A DNA stretch of 64,000 nt. Source: an uncultured Actinomycetes bacterium (GTDB taxonomy: Bacteria > Actinomycetota > Thermoleophilia > Gaiellales > JAICJC01). Below are positions 54,947 to 64,000 of the stretch, one piece after another. The notes under the pieces were generated by a model. It searched no databases, was not told the DNA's origin, and saw only the letters and a program-made list of their open reading frames with translations. Within the stretch, counting starts at the first letter, position 1. Each line of letters opens with the position of its first letter. Where the stretch lies: positions 172,616 through 236,615 of the forward strand of contig CAVPLP010000002.1 in the NCBI GenBank assembly GCA_963706075.1, read 5' to 3'. The translations under genes and the position numbers were made by a program.

Positions 54947-56497
54947 TCAGCGCCGGCCGCCGGCCAGCATCCGCCCCAGCACGTTCTCGGTCAACCGCTG
55001 CAGCGACGGCCGGACGTTGTTGTGGGCGCCGTCGCTCGAGCCTCCCGGTGCGAGCGTCCACGACCAGTCCATTGTGCCCGTCGCCCACACGAGCGCCCCC
55101 GAGTGGGCGCGGTAGATCGACATGTTGTGGGTGTAGCCGCTGTCGCCTTCGAAGTTGACGAACGGCGAGGCGCCGATCAGCACCCGCCACACGGCATTCG
55201 GGGCCGGGTAGGCCGGGTCGAACGAGTCGATCTCGTAGCCCACCAGCTCGCCCGGCACGGCGACTCCGCTCCGAAGGCCCGTACCCTTGAAGGGCCAGGT
55301 GTGCGTATGGATGGGGACGAACGGCAGGCCGCCCCAGTCGAGGAAGCCGTTGGTCGGCAGCTGCACTCCCGACAGCTCCTGCTCGGGCCGGCCGAGATCG
55401 CGCCAGAGGATCGTCCGAAGCGACGGGTTCCGGACCGGGTCCGGCTTGAAGTCCTTGTAGCCGACGATGACGCGGCGCGCACGACCCTCGCTGTCGCGCT
55501 CGAAGCGCACCTGCCAGTAGATCTCGTTCGACGTGATGAACGCCAGGCTGACGCCGTGGTCACGCGCCGCGTAGGCGCCGTCGTACATGCGCCGGGACCA
55601 GTACTCCGAATGCCCCGCGACGAGCACCACCTTGTGCCTGAGCAACAGTCGCGGATGGGCGTCGGCGTCCACGTCGGTGACGTAGGTGACGTCATAGCCG
55701 CGCTTCTCGAGGAACGCGATCGTGAACGGCTCGAAGTCGGTCAGCCCGCCGTTGCCCGGGTTCCCGTACTGCGAGCTGTACGGCCGGTCGAAGCTGACCT
55801 TCACCGCCGGCCGGCCGTCCGGATACCGCTTCGTGACCGGGCTGTTGAAGTCGTAGAGGCTGCGACCGGTGAGAGGGTGCGCACCGTCGTCCCAGCCGAC
55901 GCCCTTCGGTGGGTCGTAGGGATAGTTGTTGTACGCCTGATAGGTGTTCACGGACGACATGAAGACGATGCCGGCCGGTCGCCGGTCGCGCACCGTGAAC
56001 ATGATCTCGGACTGGTAGTGCGATTGCGGTGTCGTCAGGACTGCGAAGTACACGCCCGACGTCCACCAGCGAGGGACGTGCAGGCGCACCGATGTGCGCC
56101 ACGGGCACGTGACCATGCCGGTGGCGGGCACCGTGTAGCACGCGGGCTGCGGCGCGCCCGCGAACGGCCCGAGGTGGCTAATGTGGCGTCCGCCCGTCCC
56201 GTGGTAGTAGCCCAGCCGGTAGATGTCGATCGTGTACGGCTCGTGCCGGGCGGTGGTGACGCGCAGGCCGATGACGCCGCCCTGCATCACGCTCGCAGCG
56301 GTCGCGTAGCCCTTGACGTTCAGGTCGCGGTCGTCCGTGATCCGATACCCCGCCCACGGGATGTCCCAGCGATCCGTGCCCTTGTGCCGGTTCTCTTTGA
56401 CGATCGGGTTCGCCGCATCCGAGGCGAGCGCCGGCCCGGCGGCGAGCATGCCCAGGATCGCCCCCAACGCCGCTCCCGCCAGCAGTCGCCGCCCCAT
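54947..56497 (-). CDS. Secreted N,N-dimethylformamidase beta-subunit-like domain protein
   Basis: Signal peptide MGRRLLAGAALGAILGMLAAGPALA followed by NPIVKENRHKGTDRW, which is typical of this family. The start is at 56497. Confidence 0.6.
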   Translation of the reverse strand: MGRRLLAGAALGAILGMLAAGPALASDAANPIVKENRHKGTDRWDIPWAGYRITDDRDLNVKGYATAASVMQGGVIGLRVTTARHEPYTIDIYRLGYYHGTGGRHISHLGPFAGAPQPACYTVPATGMVTCPWRTSVRLHVPRWWTSGVYFAVLTTPQSHYQSEIMFTVRDRRPAGIVFMSSVNTYQAYNNYPYDPPKGVGWDDGAHPLTGRSLYDFNSPVTKRYPDGRPAVKVSFDRPYSSQYGNPGNGGLTDFEPFTIAFLEKRGYDVTYVTDVDADAHPRLLLRHKVVLVAGHSEYWSRRMYDGAYAARDHGVSLAFITSNEIYWQVRFERDSEGRARRVIVGYKDFKPDPVRNPSLRTILWRDLGRPEQELSGVQLPTNGFLDWGGLPFVPIHTHTWPFKGTGLRSGVAVPGELVGYEIDSFDPAYPAPNAVWRVLIGASPFVNFEGDSGYTHNMSIYRAHSGALVWATGTMDWSWTLAPGGSSDGAHNNVRPSLQRLTENVLGRMLAGGRR

Positions 56498-56532
56498 CAC
56501 GCCCGTGACGGTACGCCTCGAGCCGGCGCGAA

Positions 56533-57183
56533 TCAAGAGGCCTGGGGCTGGACCATGAGCTCCTTGAACGCCGGCTCCTCGCGGATGGCGTCGAGATCGG
56601 TGTCGCCGGCGGCGAACTCGCGGAACCGCTCCGACCGCTCGATCGCGAGCCGGAGATGGTCGATCGCGTCGGTCGTCCGCCCCGCGAGGCTCTCGCAGCA
56701 CGCGACGTTGTAGGCCACGTCGGCGTACTCGGGGTTGGCCTCGATGAGCCCGACCCCGCGGTCGGCGGCCTCGTCGTACTTCCCATCAAGGTACAGCGCA
56801 TGGATCGGCGCCCAGACCTCCCAGCCGTTCGGCTCGAACGCCTGCCCCGGCGTCCCGCCCAAGGCGATGAGCGTCGTTCCCGGCTCCTCGGCGAACGCCG
56901 TCCGCTTCACGCCGGGATCGGCGAAGACGAACGTGCCCGCCGGGGCGTCGATGCGCTCGCCGTCGAGCTCGAACGTCGCCCGGCCGCGCTGGACGATGTA
57001 GAGCTCCTCGTGCTCACCGTCCTCGTCGTGCTCGTTGATGATCCGGTCACCGGCGTTCGGAGCCGTCCAGGCGTTGATGCCGAACGACATGATGCCGAAG
57101 TGCTTCCGCACCGGCCGCCAGGGACAGCGGCCGTCCGTGATCTCCTCGATCTCTTCGAGTTGCGCCACCTTGTACGTGCTCAT
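56533..57183 (-). CDS. Cupin domain protein with a C-terminal TPR-like region
   Basis: HDEDGEHEELYIVQRGRATFELDG cupin core; 216 aa. Confidence 0.7.
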   Translation of the reverse strand: MSTYKVAQLEEIEEITDGRCPWRPVRKHFGIMSFGINAWTAPNAGDRIINEHDEDGEHEELYIVQRGRATFELDGERIDAPAGTFVFADPGVKRTAFAEEPGTTLIALGGTPGQAFEPNGWEVWAPIHALYLDGKYDEAADRGVGLIEANPEYADVAYNVACCESLAGRTTDAIDHLRLAIERSERFREFAAGDTDLDAIREEPAFKELMVQPQAS

Positions 57184-57304
57184 CGGGGCCTCCTACGGTG
57201 TGTGGTCGGCGAGCGCGTGCTCCAGGGCCGCCCGCGCCCGGTGCTCCCGCGCGGCCGCAATGCTAACGACGTCGGTTGGGCCTGTCGATGACGTGAAGAG
57301 ACAG

Positions 57305-57333
57305 TTGCAATCCGGGCATCCTCGATATAGCAT
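57305..57333 (+). promoter_or_regulatory. Candidate sigma-70-type promoter
   Basis: TTGCAA-N17-TAGCAT lies 22 nt upstream of the ATG at 57355. Confidence 0.35.
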
Positions 57334-57354
57334 GGGAGCTATGGAGAGAGACAC

Positions 57355-60290
57355 ATGAACAGCGACCCTTCCGAGGAGATTGCCGATCTCCGCCTCACCG
57401 TCAGGCTCCTGACCGACCGCGTCGAGAGCCTGGAGCGCACCGTCTCCGAGCGCGCGCCTGAACCGCCGGCCGCCGAGCCGAAGCGCACCGAGCCGTGGGC
57501 GTACGGGTATCAGCCCGCGAGGCCGGCCCAGGCCACTCCTCCGCCGGCACCTGCGCCTGAGCCCGAGGCACCGCGACCGGTTGTGCCTCCGCCCCCGCCC
57601 GCGGCCTCCGCGGCCGCCGATGGACTGGGGCAAGCTCGCCGAACAGCTCTTCGCCGCACGAACGCTCGCGTGGGCCGGTGGCGTTGCGACGGCGCTCGGC
57701 ATCGTCCTGCTCTTTGTGATGGCCGCCAGCCGCGGCTGGATCACGCCCTCGATGCGCGTCGGCCTCGGCGTGCTCGTCTCGCTCGGCCTGCTCGGCGCCG
57801 CGATCGAGCTCGACCGCCGCAGGTGGCGCTCCGACGCGATCCTCGCCGCCGCGGGAGTCGGCATCGCCGGCCTCTACGCGAGCCTCTATGCGGCGACGTC
57901 GATCTACCACCTGATCGGCTCCGCTGCCTCGGCCCCGCTCGCCGCCGTCATCGCCGCGACAGCCGTCGCGGTCGCCATCCGCATCAAGCGAGAGCCGCTG
58001 GCGCTCTTCGGCGTCTCGGCGGCGATGCTCGCCCCGCTCCTCGTCAGCCTGGACGTGACCACCGCCGGAGTCCTCTTCGGCGCGGTCATGGTCGCCGCCT
58101 CGCTTCCGCTCTATGCCCGCCTCGGCTGGCGAAACCTTGTGACGTGCACGTGGGTCATCGGCTTCGCCGAGACGCTCGCGCTGATCGGCCTCAGCCGGGA
58201 GCACACGGGATTCGGCGGCCCGGTGATCGCGGCGGCGGTCATGGCGGTGCTGCTCGTCTGCCTCACGTTCCTCCTCGAGCTCCTGCCGGCTGACCGGAAC
58301 CGCCTGAGCGTGCTCGGCGCGCTCACCGCGTCGAGCGTGCTCACCATCTCGCTCGGCGCGAGCTTCCTCTTCGGCGGCTTCCGCGAGCTGGACGGACACT
58401 CGCTGAGCGGCATCACGCTCGCCGGCCTGGCCGTCGCCTGGGGGCTGATCGCACTCGTCCCGTTTGGGGTTCGCCGCCCCCACGCCGACCTGACCGATCT
58501 CCTGTTCGGGTTCGCGCTCACCTGCGCGGCGATCGCCACCGGCCTCCTGGCGGGCGGCCCCGCGCTCGTGTGCGCGTGGACAGCGGAGTCGGTGATGCTC
58601 GTGCTGGTCTCCGAGCGCGTCAGGCGCCGAAGCGGCGTACGCGGGATCAGGGCGATCGCTGCTGCCGGCGTCTACCTGCTGCTCGCGATCGTCGCGACCC
58701 TCCAGGTGCTCCAGCCCCTGCCCGAGACCCTGCCGCACATCGGCGCCGGCGCGACCGGCGGCTCGATCGCGCTCGTCGCCGTGTCGCTGGCCGGTGTCGC
58801 GCTCTGCTTCGGGCTCCGCACATTCGGGAAGCCGGAGCTCGCGGCGGCCTGGGCCGTCCCCGCGCTCGCACTCGGGTTCCTGCCGCTCTGGGCACTTCCG
58901 GCCGAATGGGCTGTGATCGCCTTTGCGGGCATGGCGGCGGTGCTCCTCGTCTACCGCCGCACGCGCCTCGTAGTGAGCTGGATGCAGGAGTGGGTGGCAC
59001 TCTCGATCGCAGCCGGCATGGTGGATCACCGGCGGCATCGTCGCGCTCGCAGCCACGGCGCCTGCGGCTGATCTCGCCGACGGCTGGAGCCACCTGGGCG
59101 AGCGGCACGGTCTCGCCGGGCTGGGAGCGCTCCTTGCCGCGGCAATCGTGTTCGCGTGGTCTGTGCGGCGGCCGGCTCGGCCCCTGTGCGAGTACGGCCT
59201 GCTCCCGGCCGTCGCGACGCTCGCGTACCTGATCGCCGAGTCACTCACCACGCCCTACGCGATCTGGGCGTGGCTCTCGGCCGCGGGCATCCTCGCCGCG
59301 GTCGTCCAGGTGCCCGCGATCCGGCGCCGCCTTACGAGCGACCCGCTCCTGGCCGCGAGCGGCGGCCTGCTCGCCCTCGGCGTCGTGGCGGCCTGGGTGT
59401 TCGACGATTCGCTCACGGCGCTCGTCGACCACGGAACCACCGCCGGCTGGGAGAGCATCGCGCTCGCGACAGCCGCGGCCTTCCTCTTCGCCCTGGCGTT
59501 CCGGCGCCCGGTCAACCGCACCCACGCGCTGTGGCTCCCGTTCCTGCTCGCCACCCAGCTCTGCACGATGCTCCTGCCGGGCCAGTACCCGCTCGTCGGC
59601 GTCGCCGCGCTGTCGGCGGTCGCAGGCGCCGCTGCCTTCGTCTGGCCGTCGCTCCTCGCGTCGCGGCTCGACCGGCCGGCGCTCAGGACGATCAGCGTCG
59701 CAAGCGCCGTCGCGAACTCGGTGGTGGTGCTCGCGGTCTACGAGACGCCGGGCATGCTGTTCCAGACAACGCATACGCCCGCGTCCGGACTGGCCGCCGC
59801 GACTGCCGTAACCACCGCAATGGTGATCGCCGCTCTCGCCACACGCCGCGTCCCCTGGTCGGTCGGCCGGGTCCCGGTGGGGACGGTGCTCGTCTACACG
59901 GGCGGGGCCGCATGTCTGTGGACGCTCGCCGCCGCGATACTCGGCGCCGAGCAGCTGGTCGCCGCAACCGGCGTCCAGGCGTCCGTGCACGATCACTTCC
60001 AGCAGGGTCACGTGCTCGTGTCGATCAGCTGGGTGCTGATCGGGCTCGGGCTCGTCGTGCTCTCGCTTCGCGGCGATCACCGAGGACTGCGGGTGGGCGG
60101 CATCACGCTGCTCTTCGTGGCGCTCGGCAAGCTCTTCCTCTACGACCTCGCCTTCCTCACGGCGATGGCCCGGGCGGTGTCCTTCATCGTCACCGGCTCG
60201 GTGCTCCTGCTCGCGGCGCTCCTGCTGCAGCGGTTCGCCCCGCAGGTGAAGGCGGCGCTCGGAGACGAGCCTCCCGAAGCGATCGCCTAG
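57355..60290 (+). pseudogene. DUF2339-type large polytopic membrane protein, two +1 frameshifts (near 57619 and 59018)
   Basis: A coiled/Pro-rich N-terminus is in ORF 57355..58293. Many TM segments follow in ORF 57581..59071 and then in ORF 59148..60290, ending ...VSFIVTGSVLLLAALLLQRF. Confidence 0.7.
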
Positions 60291-60315
60291 GCACGCCGCG
60301 GTACCATCGCGGCCG

Positions 60316-61319
60316 ATGCCCTCGCTGGAACACGATGTCGACGCGCTGGCCGAGCGAACGGGGTTCTCGGGCGTCGTCCGCGTTGAGAGCGGCGGCGGCG
60401 TCGAGCTGTCGAAGGCATACGGCCTGGCCGACCGCGGACACGGGATCCCGAACACCACCGAGACGCAGTTCGGGCTCGCGAGCGGGACGAAGGGGCTGAC
60501 CGCGCTCACGGTGGTGAGCCTGATCGACGACGGCCTGCTCGACCTCTCGACCACGGCGCGCTCGGCGCTCGGACGCGACCTCCCGCTGATCGCGGACGAC
60601 GTGACCGTCGAGCACCTGCTGGCCCACCGGTCGGGCATCGGCGACTACTACGACGAGGACGCCGGCGGCGAGATCACGGACTACATCCTGCCCATCCCCG
60701 TCCACAGGCTCGAGACCACAGCGGGGTATCTGCCCGCGCTGGAGGGCTACCCGACGGTGTTTCCCGCCGGCGAGCGGTTCGCCTACTGCAACGGCGGCTT
60801 CGTCGTGCTCGCGCTGATCGCCGAGCGCGCGGCCGGCAGGCCGTTCCACGACCTCGTGCGCGAGCGCGTGTGCGAGCCGGCCGGGATGAACGACACGGCG
60901 TTCCTGCGCTCCGACGAGCTTCCCGGGCGGGCGGCGCTCGGGATATCTCGACGAACGACGGCCTGCGGACGAACGTGCTCCACCTGCCCGTCCGCGGAAG
61001 CGGCGACGGCGGGATCTACTCGACGGCGGCCGACATCAGCTCGCTCTGGCGCGCGTTCCTCGCCGGGCAGATCGTCCCGCCCAGGTGGGTGGCGGAGATG
61101 ACACGGCCCCGGAGCGACGCCCCCGGGCCGGCGCGGCGCTACGGCCTCGGCGTCTGGCTCCACCGGTCGAGCGACGTCGTCCTCCTCGACGGCTACGACG
61201 CGGGCGTGTCGTTCATGAGCACGCATGACCCGGCGTCGGCGACAATGCGCACCGTCATCTCCAACACGTCGGAGGGCGCGTGGGACATGGCCGCGCTTCT
61301 GAACGGAGAGCCGGCGTGA
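60316..61319 (+). pseudogene. Serine hydrolase (beta-lactamase / class C-like family), frame change near 60940
   Basis: The SxxK motif ASGTKGLTA and YCNGGF are in ORF 60316..61101. The continuation DGLRTNVLHLPVRGSGDGGIYSTAADI is in ORF 60870..61319. Confidence 0.7.
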
Positions 61320-61337
61320 ACGTCGCCGGTGCCTTGA

Positions 61338-61643
61338 CTAGGCCGGGGCCGCGACCCCGTTCTCGATCAGCGCCGCCACTTCGACGAAGCGGATCTCGGG
61401 CTGGACGCCGTACAGGCTGACGATCTGCTCGGTCAGCTCGGGTGTGAAGAACGCGCGGGCCGCCGCTTCGGACTCCCAGACGTAGGTGTTCGTGGCGACG
61501 CCGGTGTCGGGGTCGAACATGAACACCTTCGTGCGCAATCCGGGCATGCCCTCGAAGACCGGCCCCGCCTGCTGGGCGATCCCCATCACCGCCCCGCGGT
61601 CCAGGCGGTCATCGGAGCGCAACGTGACGATCACACCAATCAT
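61338..61643 (-). CDS. YdhR-like / ABM-fold putative monooxygenase
   Basis: MIGVIVTLRS...GLRTKVFMFDPDTGVATNTYVWESEAAARAFF. The start is at 61643. Confidence 0.55.
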   Translation of the reverse strand: MIGVIVTLRSDDRLDRGAVMGIAQQAGPVFEGMPGLRTKVFMFDPDTGVATNTYVWESEAAARAFFTPELTEQIVSLYGVQPEIRFVEVAALIENGVAAPA

Positions 61644-61757
61644 GGCGGTCTCCTCTGTCGGATGCCGGACCCGCCAGCATACCGGCCGCAATCCACCGAC
61701 GGGAGGCCGCCGCGTGGAGCGGACGACCTCCCGTCGCGAGACCCATGGGCCGAAGCC

Positions 61758-62457
61758 CTAGTTCGAGATGGTGATGTAGTCGATGTCGCCGGTGAAGTAG
61801 TCGCAGGTCGTGTGGACCTGGTCGCAGTTGATCTTGCCGGCGATCGAGATCGGACGGTTGTTGGTGATGTTGCCCGAGCTGCCGTGCGCGGTGGCCACGA
61901 CGGACCCGTCGACGGTCAGCGTGAGCGCGTTCGCGGTCCGGGCGCAGCGGACGGTATGCCACTGGCCGTCGCTCAGGACGCCCGACACGACCTGCTTTCG
62001 CAGGAAGCTCCCGGACGAGTTGGTGCCTCGGAAGACGCACGTCAGCTGGCCGTTCGGGTTCTCGAGCTTGAAGTAGCCGCCCGATGACCCGGCCTGGCCC
62101 TTCTGGACGATGTTGCCGAAGTGCTTCGTCGTCCTGTAGCGGATCGTGACCGTGTAGTTCCCGGAGTTCGGGTTCAGGCTGGAGCTGCTGGCCTGCACGA
62201 TGCGCCCCGGGTGAGCCGGAGGCTGGGTCGGGCTCACGAAGGGCCAGTGGTACCCGGTGGCCCCGTTGAAACTTGAATCCGGTCACGACGTCGGATCCGA
62301 TCGTGCCGTTCACATGGCCGCTCGAGTCCACCATGACGGTGGCGCCGGCCCGTTCGTTCATCTGCCAGTCCGCAAGCGTCGCCGCCGACGCGGGCGCCGC
62401 GAACGCGACCACGACCGCCACCGCGGCCGTCATCGACGATCCAAGCCTCAATCTCAT
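61758..62457 (-). pseudogene. Secreted LamG / concanavalin-A-like lectin domain protein, +1 frameshift near 62268
   Basis: The signal MRLRLGSSMTAAVAVVVAFAAPASA...VVTGFKF is in ORF 61609..62511. The continuation NGATGYHWPFVSPTQPP...DGQWHTVRCARTANALTLTVDG is in ORF 61758..62237. Confidence 0.6.
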
Positions 62458-62568
62458 ATCGGTTCCCCTCCTCTTGGCTGTGCCGCATCTGCATGCCCAC
62501 ATGCGTTTCACGCGAACCCCCCATGGTTCGCCGGCACGGGGCCATGATAGCCGCCGCCCGGAAGACCC

Positions 62569-63528
62569 TTACATTCGCGTCGCAAAGCGGTCGGTCGCGG
62601 TGACGACCGCCTCGGCCATCCCCGCGTCCGACGTCCCGTGGCCGGCGCCGTCGATGAGCACGAGCTCCGCGTCGGGCCAGGCTCGGGCCAGCTCCCACGC
62701 GGTGTCGGGCGGGCTGCTGATGTCCATGCGCCCGTGGACCAGCACCCCCGGGATGCCCGCGAGCCGCCTCGCGCCCCGGACGAGCTGCCCATCCTCGAGC
62801 CAGCCGGCGTGTCGCCAGTAGTGCGTCACGAGGCGGGCGAAGCACATGCGAAACGCCGGGTCGTCGTAACGTGGGCTCCGCCGCGGCTCGGACCCGATCG
62901 CGACATGGGCGTCCTCCCACTCGCACCAGTCGGCGGCGGCCTTCTCGCGTACCTCGGGATCCGGGCTTGCGAGCAGGCGCGCATACGCGTCGACCAGGCT
63001 GCCGTCGCGCTCACCGGCGGGGACGGCATCGCGGAACCGCGCCCACGCCTCCGGGACGAGGCGGCCGACGTCGCGCGTGATCCACTCGACGTCGCGGCGC
63101 GTCGCCGTGGCGACGCTGAACAGCACCATCTCGGACACGCTTCCGGGGTGCTGCTCGGCGTACGCGAGGCCGAGCTCGGAGCCCCACGACCCTCCGAGGA
63201 CGAGCCACCGCTCGATGCCGAGCTCCGCCCGCAGCAGCTCGATGTCGGCGATCTGGTGCGCGGTCGTCTGAGATTCGAGGCCGACCGCAGGATCGCTCGC
63301 GTGCGGCGTGCTTCGCCCGCAGCCGCGCTGGTCGAAGAGCACGATCCGGTAGGCGGCCGGGTCGAAGTAGCGCCGCCAGCCGGGGGTGCATCCCGAGCCG
63401 GGGCCGCCGTGCAGCACGACCGCCGGCTTCCCGGACGGGCTCCCGCAGACCTCCCAGTAGAGGCGGTTGCCGTCGCCGGTCTCGAGCATGCCGCTCTCGT
63501 GCGGCTCGATCTCCGGGTAGAGGGCCAC
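62569..63528 (-). CDS. pip: Prolyl aminopeptidase (proline iminopeptidase)
   Basis: VVLHGGPGSG, FDQRGCGRS and GGSWGS motifs; 319 aa. Confidence 0.9.
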   Translation of the reverse strand: MALYPEIEPHESGMLETGDGNRLYWEVCGSPSGKPAVVLHGGPGSGCTPGWRRYFDPAAYRIVLFDQRGCGRSTPHASDPAVGLESQTTAHQIADIELLRAELGIERWLVLGGSWGSELGLAYAEQHPGSVSEMVLFSVATATRRDVEWITRDVGRLVPEAWARFRDAVPAGERDGSLVDAYARLLASPDPEVREKAAADWCEWEDAHVAIGSEPRRSPRYDDPAFRMCFARLVTHYWRHAGWLEDGQLVRGARRLAGIPGVLVHGRMDISSPPDTAWELARAWPDAELVLIDGAGHGTSDAGMAEAVVTATDRFATRM

Positions 63529-63534
63529 CCGCCG

Positions 63535-64000
63535 CTAGAGCCCGAACCAGCGCGCCCGCCGGGTCGAGCCGAAGTCGACCTTCTCGGCCACGAACTCCGT
63601 CGACGGATCCTGGAACGTCCCGGTGGGCTTCTCTTCCGAGAAGAAGTCGACGTCGATCCGCGCGACCAGGCCGCCCCCGAACTCGATGTAGCACGAGCCG
63701 CGACCGTCGTACCGTTCGGCGGACTGGCCCCCGCGCACGCGCTCGATCAGCGTGCGGGCGACGACCCGCGCCTGGCGCTCCGAGAAGACGCCCGCCTTGG
63801 GCGTCCCGACCGTCGCGACATCGCCGAGCGCATACACGTCCGGAAACCGCGTCGCGAGCGTGCGCCCGTCGACCGGGATGTAGCCGTCGACGGCCATCCC
63901 GCTGTCGATGACGACGTCCGGCGCGCGGTGCTTCGGCACGCCGAGGAAGAGGTCGTACGGCACCTCCGCGCCGTTGGCGAGGACGGCGACGTTCCGGGCG
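63535..64000 (-). CDS. FAD-dependent pyridine nucleotide-disulfide oxidoreductase (sulfide:quinone reductase-like), partial; N-terminus outside window
   Basis: The C-terminal part reads DVYALGDVATVGTPKAGVFSERQA... The reading frame continues to the window edge. Confidence 0.6.
   Translation of the reverse strand, partial: ARNVAVLANGAEVPYDLFLGVPKHRAPDVVIDSGMAVDGYIPVDGRTLATRFPDVYALGDVATVGTPKAGVFSERQARVVARTLIERVRGGQSAERYDGRGSCYIEFGGGLVARIDVDFFSEEKPTGTFQDPSTEFVAEKVDFGSTRRARWFGL

Overview
High-GC (roughly 70%) actinobacterial-type chromosomal segment. Supporting signs are a Gram-positive GAAC-N4-GTTC LexA box, an ECF41 sigma factor, and many GTG or leaderless-looking starts. I can support about 60 protein genes plus one RNA gene, RNase P RNA (rnpB, 28393-28738, minus strand). 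I found no tRNA, rRNA or CRISPR array.

Content:
- Housekeeping and peripheral metabolism: pruA, acyl-CoA dehydrogenase, HutF-like amidohydrolase, M20 hydrolase, ndh, aldehyde dehydrogenase, pip.
- DNA-damage genes: lexA with a perfect SOS box, two YcaQ/AlkZ-like genes, and an SF2 helicase.
- Signalling genes: PilZ, GGDEF-HD-GYP, an ANTAR regulator, a cyclase-STAND protein, and an ECF41 sigma factor.
- Transporters.

Structure beyond the gene list:
1. A perfect palindrome supplies two back-to-back ECF41 promoters (TGTCACA-N16-CGTC).
2. A patchily AT-richer segment of about 6.7 kb (about 21.7-28.4 kb) abuts the 3' end of rnpB. It carries a large serine recombinase and a signalling operon.
3. 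Three small repeat families are present: a 33-nt palindrome flanking a GNAT gene, five TGTGGAA direct repeats, and a 36-bp direct repeat bracketing a hydrolase gene and overlapping the lexA promoter.
4. About 15 genes are interrupted by single-base frameshifts, and 14 of the 15 behave as +1 insertions. This looks like a sequence-quality artefact, not natural decay.

I could not demonstrate a clear new multi-gene system. The best candidates are the mini-peptide / tiny LPXTG / GGDEF-HD-GYP operon inside the putative island and the palindromic ECF41 promoter switch.

Coordinates of non-ORF features were counted by hand and may be off by 1-2 nt.
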